This document shows positions 55,301-64,000 of a stretch of DNA of 64,000 bases, in pieces; position 1 is the stretch's first letter; every line of letters starts with the position of its first letter. The notes beneath the pieces were generated by a model. The model saw only the letters and a list, made by a program, of their open reading frames with translations, did not search any database and was not told the DNA's origin. Both the position numbers and the translations under genes were made by a program. The DNA is from Owenia fusiformis (lineage: Eukaryota), in assembly GCA_903813345.2 (NCBI GenBank), contig CAIIXF020000001.1:3596001-3660000 (forward strand), in the 5' to 3' direction.

Positions 55301-57387
55301 CTAGATTTAGTTAATCATAGGTCCTTATATACTTGTATACTTGGGTTTCAACTTTCTGATATTCTATCTATTAACCCGCCTCCACTGTCAAATATTGGTC
55401 CATGCATAAAGCCAAGGCACTAACTACCAATAATTTTGATCTCAATATCTTTCCAGGTTTATGGTGAATTTTATATTCTTAAGGTAGGCTGAAGAGAATA
55501 AAGACACATATACTGACATGTGTATAGTTTCAATACCAGGGTTACCTTAAGAAACATATAATAACATTAAATTGTGATGCTTACTCTTGCACAATAAAAT
55601 CTACAATATTCAATCAGTTATGAAAAAGTAGAGTAATTAATGGTTTTGCTGCCACACTTTAATTCACTAAAAGATTACTGAACTAAATATTTACTTAAGG
55701 TTTACTGAATTAATTGATAAAGACCAAGAAAGTTTTCTTTCTACTTGTCAAAGTGACTGAGTTTCAATATTATGGGGATCAGTTCAAGTTCTCACAGGCA
55801 TTTTGCAATACATATCACCACAAAGTTCAATCTTACAATAAATGTGATATGGTCCCTTTCACCTTCTATGATTTGAAAGTATCAAATTCTTGGCTATAAT
55901 AACTCTTAGAGATCATATTTCCATATAATTCAAGCTTTCAGATGGACTTTAATGGACAATAGGTGTAATTAGAATGTATTCTGTCTCTCTATCTGAGTGT
56001 TAATGATTTGAAAACTAATACTGGCATTAATCATAAGCTTAAATAAGTCATTATCTGTTTTTCGCCAGCTTGGATTATGAGTAAACTCTAATGAAGTTTC
56101 TCGCCTGAATCTCCAGTTAAACACAGCAATCATTTCTTCGCAACATTTACTCATCATTTATAATAATACGCTACTAATATCGTAAAACTTAACCATTTTT
56201 TGTTTAATTTCAAAATGAAATAAATAACTATCATAAATCAAACTCATTTCAGACATACAAAACTATATTTGACTCTAGACGATGCAATAATACTGGGATG
56301 TGTAAACTCTGAAAAGGCTCAGCAAGACACAAAAAACTAATGGTATTCAAAATTCAAAAGATGCAAAACAATTATTTCATGCGACTGACTGGGCATAATA
56401 ATCAACAACTGATTAATAAAACGTTGACTTCGATTGACCACATCGTATTCCTGATAGAATACTACGTGAAATAATGATAAATGACCGATCATTTTCAAAA
56501 TCAATTAATCATTGGTGTCGCTTAGTCACTGCTGCCTATTGGAGAGTTATTCATGGAGGGACAATGGCTCTATGAAGCATGACTCAATTCTTTGACAGTC
56601 TTCCAAAGCCATTTATCATAAAATATCGTCCCAAGGATTCTCATTTATTAAGTTTGATGTCTACCAATATGGCATCTAGTTATATTTTAGATAATTTTAC
56701 CCGAAAACCTCATTAGAAATTATTGAAAAACGCTTGGCGCTATAATGGGAATTCTCATTCTTCAAATTCAATTCAAATCTTTGTTTATGATCTCAAAATG
56801 ATCTAAAGATATTACCATGGATATAGCAGATTGTAAAAGTGAATGTAAGTTTGATATCAAAAATAATAAGAATGAAACAATTGTTTTAAAGATTCAATAA
56901 CAAATCCTGGTCTTTCAAGTTAACCTATAAAGTAGAAGGGTGATATGATAATTCATTTATCCCATGTTGTTATCTAATGGATGCAACCTTTCATAGTGGG
57001 AAATTGCATGCTTGTGCAATATGTTTGCACAAAACAAAGACGGGACAGAAATCTACATTACATGTATTTAATAATTATCCCCTATTACCATTTAAGCATG
57101 AAGCATTAATGATATAGCAGCTGATATGGCTAAAAGGTTTCATAACAGCTAATTCTTATTTCAATTAATAACTGTGTCATTTTAGGCATATCAAGGATGT
57201 CAGTCAGACAAGATTATAATCAATATGAGGAACCAACTAACATTGTCATATCTACATGTATTTCATTGTGGTAAGCCATGCCTTAATCCTCCATCTATGT
57301 TCTTCTAGACTCCTTACCTTTTATGATGTAACAGAGATGGATGCAATAAGTATCAGAATGCATCTATTCTATAATTTAATTCATTAA

Positions 57388-57680
57388 CCTCTTGAATCCC
57401 AGGCTCTAAAATTGGCATGAAACCAGAGAATTTTTCATTTTTTGCCACCTTTTGACATTTTATTACATACCTATACAACTTTAGATGCTCAGCTTAATAA
57501 AATTGGACGGCAGAGATCATTTCTACACGTTTTAAAACAATTTTCGTGTAAATTGGATGAAAATTGTTCAAATGAGAGCAATTTTTGTGAAAAATTTTGT
57601 GACGGATTTTCTCGTCCCTCTGGGCACCAGTCTTATTTCATTTGTGACGGATATATCCGTCACTCTGGGTATTCAAGAGG
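57388..57680. mobile_element. piggyBac-type MITE (293 bp)
   Basis: TTAA TSD at 57384-57387 and 57681-57684. TIRs CCTCTTGAATCCCAG / CTGGGTATTCAAGAGG differ by one indel. Confidence 0.85.
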
Positions 57681-58597
57681 TTAATCTACATTTGGATGCA
57701 TTTTATCAAAAATAACTTTGTTTTGGATTCATTCTTTTGCATGGAGGGATAAGCTCAAGAATTCTATTTCTTGAATAATTTAATGATCCTGATTTTGGAA
57801 TGGTTTCTTTACCCAGCCCCTTATTGCTTGCAATATGGCAGCTAACAAGTTAAATGTGCTAATTCCATGTAATAATAACATAGCTTATACAATCATTACA
57901 ACTAGGCATGATTTCAATTATAGTGTTATCTTTTCTCCACATACAAATTAATTGTCATATCAAATATCACACCAGATATACCAATATGTGTAACTGGTGG
58001 ATTCTGGCCTACCTTGGGTATAAGAGTACGTATAAGAGCAAAACCAGTATAAATGGAGCACCTATAATACCTCATAATAGTGTTCCACTTGGGAGGTTTT
58101 CTCCTTATAAAGCTTCATTCTAGATTTAGTTTTTTAATGGGAGACTGAACTGTTCCACTTTACAGGATTTACTGTTAGAGCTCTATAAAGAATCAAAAAC
58201 AAACTTTTAAAAGGGTAATTCAAACAGTTACCCTGATTCATATTGGCTCGCTACACTACCCTCTAACTATCACAAATAATTTGAAAGTAAGCTAATAGAT
58301 CTTAACAATCTTACATGGAGCTTTTGTGGCCTTTAATGGGTGATTGCTATATATTCTCGGTGGATATTAGAATATTTAGATACTAGAATTATCTTTAATA
58401 TGAAAATATTAGTTAAGTTAACCTATTATAACATTGGACAAGATATCTACATGTTTATGAAGTTAAAATGGATTTTCAACTGGGTTACAGGGGTAAGCTC
58501 GGTTTCTATTTCTTAAACTAGGTGTTATGTAATATTTGTAAATGTTTATATAAATAATAAATATCATTTCTTTTTAACTTAAACAAAAATGTTGAAC

Positions 58598-59416
58598 ATA
58601 GGTAATTTAATAAATAATAGAGAATTTTCGTTATAAGTTGTTTCAAAAACTTATACGAATACTTATAGTTTAAAGGGTCTTGTCGAACTAAAATCAATTC
58701 AAATTGATTTTCATAATCTGTACCAAGTGGGGCATAACTATTCCCGATATAGTCAAGCTCCATCATCAACTAGGGACTGCGAATACAATGTCCTTTGCTA
58801 GTGTCAATTATGAACACAATAAACTAAACGCTAGTTGACGGGTCCTTGTAGTGTACGATAAACAAGACCCTTTAAAGTGAATCACTACACGAACGAGTCG
58901 ATCATTTCAAAGTTCTCATGAAATTATAAGGTCAATTTTTAAGTTTTTACGTATAAAAGGGCCTTTATACGCAGATTATAAACTTACAGAGTTGGATCTC
59001 CGCATAGTATATGTGTGGACCTACTGACCAGAATGGCTTATTAAAATTAATCGGCTGAATAGGTATAGTATCCAATCAAACAGCTCGACTCATTCATTAG
59101 CTGAACTAATTCTCCCTTCGTTATTTCTACAAGGTTATTCAAAACGATCATCTACAAAAAATATATTTGAGAGTAGATAAATCTGTAAACCCGTGTGCTA
59201 TATCAGCCTTTTTGATTCTAGAAAACACATATGACACAACTAAACATGCTTTACATCAAGGGGGTACGGATGGTATGCCATTGGCCCTATTTTATTACCG
59301 TCCTAGGAGATATTTCCCGACGAATTAGGAAATTATGAAACACCTTGTTTATTGGGTTTATAAGTATAAGTAAAAACTTATAACGAAAATTCTCTATTCC
59401 CATGAAAATTACCTAG
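58598..59416. mobile_element. Foldback/non-autonomous DNA transposon with inverted arms
   Basis: Perfect 24-bp inverted repeat 58616-58639 / 59375-59398, an outer TAGGTAATTT/AAATTACCTA match and a CpG-enriched interior. Outer termini unresolved. Confidence 0.65.
58674..58871. mobile_element. Kolobok-like MITE (198 bp)
   Basis: TTAA|AGGGTCTTGT ... ACAAGACCCT|TTAA. TTAA TSD with purine-purine termini. Confidence 0.65.
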
Positions 59417-60138
59417 CTTGGATCTACAAAGTGGATAAACTTATTTGTCAACCATATTTTTCGTAAAAATACAACTTTTTATTTACCACTCACTTACAAA
59501 TTTAGATTACTAAGAGTTCCTTATTATGGGCATTGTTGTGTTGAGTTAATGTTTGTAGTCTAGACATGTAGTTTTATCATAATTGACTAATGTAATCATG
59601 TTATGATACTATTTGCAAATAATAGTTATAAAAATATCAGTTGGCTATAATATCTATTCTGATAACAATAAAAAATTAATGCATTTGGTAATTACACCAT
59701 GCTTCGACATTGTGCATACTTAGCGCTTATGTAAAAGGGCTTTTACCCATTAGTTGAATAAGAGAGCTTCCCAGGAGAAATTGTTATTAAAGATGCATGT
59801 GATGTTTTTAAAGTAACAACATAAGTTATTACATTTTCATTGGAATTTCTACTAAAAATGTTCAAATATTTTCTTTTGTTATCCTTTTTGAAGAGGTAAA
59901 CATTTCACCTGAAATTCATGGCAATTGCAAAATCACATTTCTAATCATTCACCTGAGTATAGTATCTTAGGGGTCTATCATAAACAAGGACCATTATTTA
60001 CAAAACAAGCTCTCAGTACGTTACATGTATCAAATCTATAACATACCTTCATCTATCATCTAGCTTGGACTTCAATGAACTTAAAAATAAGAACATTTTT
60101 GAAATACCTATCATATACAGTTACAGGTAGTTGATTCA

Positions 60139-61188
60139 ATGCAGCATGTAGGATTACACCTTACACCAAAATCAGATTTAAGCTATGTAGACAATGCCGT
60201 CTCTAAAGGAAGGCGCACTATGAATGCCTATATTGGTGTGACATCAACGATCAACAACCCCACGAACCCCTTAACTGCCTCAAGATTGTACTGGTCGATA
60301 TGTATGCCATCTCTAACATATGGCCTGGAACTAATTTCTGTGAACGAGCAAGCATTGAGTAAACTGGAAGGAGGGCATAGAGAAATTGCTAAAAAGATTC
60401 AAGGAATTTCAGCAAAAACTTGTAATCCCGCGTGCACAGCAACACTAGGGTGGCACTCAATATCAAGTAGAATTTTCATTAGTAAACTGATGCTACTTTG
60501 GCAGCTGTTAGCACTTCCTATCACAAATGTGTATAAGAAACTGGTCATAGTAAGATTAACTTTTGCAACGCACTATAACCTTCATAAACTGTCCCCAATT
60601 GGAGATTGTCTTAAGATAGCTAGATCTTTTGGACTTCTGGGTGATGTATATGAAATGCTCAATGTTGGAACTATCCCAAAATTGCAATGGAAAAGACGTG
60701 TGAAAAATGTTGTGTATGAACGGGAATTAAGCAATTGGAGAGTACAGTGTATTTTGTTTGAAAAGTTGTCTTTATTCAGAATGGTTCAAAAAGAGATAAA
60801 TCCCCTTGTATGGTGGACCCTAGCAAAATGTAATCCCATGCTACTTAAACCCTGTAGAACCATCGTTAAATTATTAACGGGTGAAGGAAATCTAATGGTT
60901 AACTGTAAACGGTGGTCGGGTGGCAAGATAAATGATCTATGCTTGGTATGTGGCGAAGCTATTGAGAATTTAGTTCATATGGTACTAGAATGTCCGGGGC
61001 ATAAGGCAAAACGAAAGGATATTGAGAATATTCTTATTCAGATGTACCTTGATACCCCTCTCCCACCGAATGACGTGTTGTTACCGATTTTATTTGGCGA
61101 AAATAATGTACTGACAGAGGATCAATATATTAAGATAGCTCTGTCAATTTATGGAATGTATGAGGCAAGACCAAATGTAGATTTTTGA
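60139..61188 (+). CDS. LINE ORF2 C-terminal fragment (end of RT/thumb region plus CCHC zinc knuckle), truncated
   Basis: 349-aa uninterrupted ORF. LQVVDSMQHVG resembles the RT-terminal 'VV.SFKYLG' box. LYWSICMPSLTYGLE is the typical LINE post-RT motif, and CLVCGEAIENLVHMVLEC fits CX2CX8HX4C. No YADD or endonuclease domain. Confidence 0.85.
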   Translation: MQHVGLHLTPKSDLSYVDNAVSKGRRTMNAYIGVTSTINNPTNPLTASRLYWSICMPSLTYGLELISVNEQALSKLEGGHREIAKKIQGISAKTCNPACTATLGWHSISSRIFISKLMLLWQLLALPITNVYKKLVIVRLTFATHYNLHKLSPIGDCLKIARSFGLLGDVYEMLNVGTIPKLQWKRRVKNVVYERELSNWRVQCILFEKLSLFRMVQKEINPLVWWTLAKCNPMLLKPCRTIVKLLTGEGNLMVNCKRWSGGKINDLCLVCGEAIENLVHMVLECPGHKAKRKDIENILIQMYLDTPLPPNDVLLPILFGENNVLTEDQYIKIALSIYGMYEARPNVDF

Positions 61189-61282
61189 TTAGTTAACCAT
61201 ATTTTTTAATGAGATTTGGTTTGATAAATGATAGGTGGACAATATCATATTGTAGCTAAAGGGTAATAGGTAAAGTGTAGGT

Positions 61283-61510
61283 TAACTGATGGCGTCAACG
61301 CGGTAGCCTGACGTCCGTCAACGGCAAATATTAGGTGGAGAACTTGTTTTTCTTATTGCATGTAACAGATAGTAGTAACTTGACGGCGTCAACGCGGTAG
61401 CCTGGCGTCCGTCAACGGCAAATATTAGGTGGAGAACTTGTTTTTCTTATTGCATGTAACAGATAGTAGTAACTTGACGGCGTCAACGCGGTAGCCTGAC
61501 GTCCGTCAAC
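61283..61510 (+). repeat. 94-bp tandem repeat (~2.4 units) in the LINE 3'UTR, each unit with a GC-rich hairpin
   Basis: GGCGTCAACGCGGTAGCCTG at 61291, 61385 and 61479. Confidence 0.95.
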
Positions 61511-63592
61511 ACCAGGGATTGGTTGTACATAAACATTTTAATTGTTTTTTTCATTATTGTATGTAACATAATAATCTCAACCCCTTATGTAATATTTTAT
61601 ATAACACATGTAAACACACCAATTCTGGTGGATAAAATAAACATAAATAAATAAATAAATAAATCATTCAATCTACATTTTACTTTGAAAGTTATCCTGA
61701 GAATAACGAATCAGCACTGGCGGATTTAGGCTTCTAAATAGTTTGTGGATTTTTTTCAATAAGTGCCTACAAATGGCTTCATTTTCAAAATAGGCCTTAT
61801 TTAAGAAAATGTTTTTAAATGAGTCCCCACAGTTCCAAATAAAAATAACCCCAAATATTTTTCCATGCAAATGAAAGTGATTTCACCTTTTTTTTTATTT
61901 TACCTAAGAAATGTCAAATACTGATATTCCAATGTCTTTCCCAGTTCTCTGATAGACTGTCAGTTTCATATTAAGCTGTATGTGACACTAAAAACATATT
62001 ATTTTTCAAATTATCTGGTTTGTAATATAATTTAAGTACATATAAGAAGTCATGAAATATATATTCAATAATCTTCTCAAACCAATAAAATGATTACATA
62101 AAAGTCAGATGACCATAATGGACTTTTCATTAAGGTGAAAGATGTCAGTTGCGCAATATGGCTGAAAGTATTAGTAACACTACACTAAGCTTCCACATTC
62201 ATGAATTAACTTAAATATGTTCAGTTAAAACATTTCATGATATTTCAGACCACTCTTTGTAGATTTGTCACGGCAGATGACCATAATGACCCATAGTTCA
62301 CACTTTATCTTTCAACCCCTGTCTAATGTTAAACCAGTCCATCCATCTCCATCAATCTACAAACATTCCACCTTCCAATTGATCAATAGAAGTTCAAAAG
62401 ATTTTCAATTTCATCAAAAGTCCGCTGAACATTGATGTCGGAGATGAGCAGTTGAGAGATGACATGAAACAGACAACAGTTCACCAGAAAATAAAATCGT
62501 ATCACGAAATTAAATCACGATTTGATACATAAAATGTAAAAACAGAGCAAATGAGAGAGACAGGTTGGAACAGAGAATAATAGTGTAAAAAACACTAGAA
62601 ACTACCTTTAAATCATATGGCAATGAAAAACAAGAGAGGAATAAACATGAAAGAAATGCCATGTAGGCAAGCATGTATTGTCCAGTGCAAATCTCTTTAT
62701 AATCAGCATTAACAGGAGTACATCTTTCAACACATGTAAAACCATCAATCATGCCATATTCCATTAATCAAACCCTGTCTGCGGTGAAACCAACTTTCAA
62801 AACCAAAATCAAAACTTCAAAAAGATCAAAAACTGCTTACAAACATGTGATTTAGATTAAAAACTTGAGTCTCCGGAACTGAAATGTTTGTCATCAACAT
62901 AGCATATTTTCTTGACCACTGAACAGTTTTATTTTTACACCATTCGTCATATGTTTAAGACTGACAGTGCGGACTGCGGAAGTAAAGCACTCCTACTCTC
63001 TCTTATGGTAATTCAGATCGGGAATCCTACAAGGTTTAGGAAGGTACATTATTAATTGAAAAGTAGATTCTAAGGTCAGGGTTTAAAATAGCAGAACATT
63101 AGCAAGAATTTATGGGCCACAATGGAAATAATTCACAGAAAATGAATGTTAAATGTTCTATAATGGAGATAGAATGGGGATAGAATTGAAATACAATTAG
63201 GCAAATTATCTGTGGGTGATCAGGGATAGATGTTTTATTGTTAAATGAATCCATTTGATTTGGATTTATTTTAAGTATACTTTTTAATAAATAACAAATA
63301 CATGTACATATGAAACAATTGAAATCAGGGAATTTAAAATGAATATTTCAAAAACAATATATTGCCAATTGGCATTAATTGAGAAGTATAAAGAAAACAA
63401 ATGAAGCCCTATAAAACATCTAAGTAAATCTCTATAACAATCCAAATTAAAGTATGAGAACCTAGACTGCACATATGCTATATACTAGTCTAACCCAACG
63501 CATGCTTAATATCTGTAATAGCACACTGTACCTATCAGTCATCATACTACCTATAAAAATAGTTTGGATAAATTTGATCAAAATGAACTTAC

Positions 63593-63687
63593 CTGTCTTA
63601 ATTGAGCAGCTGAACAAAAAGCAGGTGGGGAGACTCGTATTGACTTCTTAACCAGCACAATGATCCATTCAGCTATATGATGCAAAT
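63593..63687 (-). other. Candidate upstream exon (UTR or coding) of the minus-strand gene
   Basis: tattcctgttatag|...AAGACAG|gtaagttc with a perfect donor. One open frame (LHHIAEWIIVLVKKSIRVSPPAFCSAAQLRQ). An alternative acceptor tttttgttcag would give a 17-nt exon. Confidence 0.35.
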
Positions 63688-64000
63688 CTATAACAGGAAT
63701 ACATATGAATATGCAATATGGGATAATAAAATAAAACCCACAGCTTTTCTGCTGTAACTCCTGTCAGATCAAAATGTACTTATTTCATAACATAATGAAA
63801 GATCGGGTCAATATGGACAAACTGGTTTAAGTGATATATTACAGTGTATATGATTGGCATTTTTCAAAGGTAATATCAGGTAAATGTCAGCTGACAACCC
63901 CTGTAAACAATATGAAAATTTCATATGGAATTAGAATTCCAAAAGTTATTTACGTTGTCAGCGATTTCTATAATGTATGTTTGCACCTTTCCCTCAGTTT

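Larger units (their letters stand above)
60121..61663 (+). mobile_element. 5'-truncated non-LTR retrotransposon (LINE)
   Basis: ORF2 C-terminal fragment, ~450-bp 3'UTR and (TAAA)n tail at about 61644-61663. No clear long TSD. Confidence 0.9.

Noticed and set aside
61283-61510. CRISPR-like palindromic repeats
   Set aside because: Spacers are identical, the context is a eukaryotic LINE 3'UTR, and there are no cas genes.

Overview
AT-rich, gene-poor eukaryotic genomic DNA. The repeat repertoire suggests a lophotrochozoan such as a mollusc (inference). No prokaryotic genes, rRNA, tRNA or CRISPR array were found. Almost all short ORFs in the supplied track look like chance or repeat-derived frames. 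Well-supported content: (i) a 5'-truncated non-LTR retrotransposon (about 60121-61663) with a CCHC zinc knuckle, a triplicated 3'-UTR hairpin and a (TAAA)n tail; (ii) a complete DINE-1/HINE-type non-autonomous Helentron (30221-31922, minus strand) carrying a 162-bp tandem array and a foreign 212-bp insert; (iii) piggyBac-, Kolobok- and Tc1/mariner-type MITEs; (iv) several minisatellites. Most of the window looks like large introns of a minus-strand gene. Two GC-rich micro-exons have textbook splice sites (22853-22904, 8276-8319) and join in frame. Adding two weaker candidate exons (48189-48216, 401-525) gives a hypothetical 82-aa protein: signal peptide, Thr/Pro/Ala-rich linker, hydrophobic tail. 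An overlapping Cys-rich uORF is readable in another frame. This gene model is a hypothesis from manual reading only.
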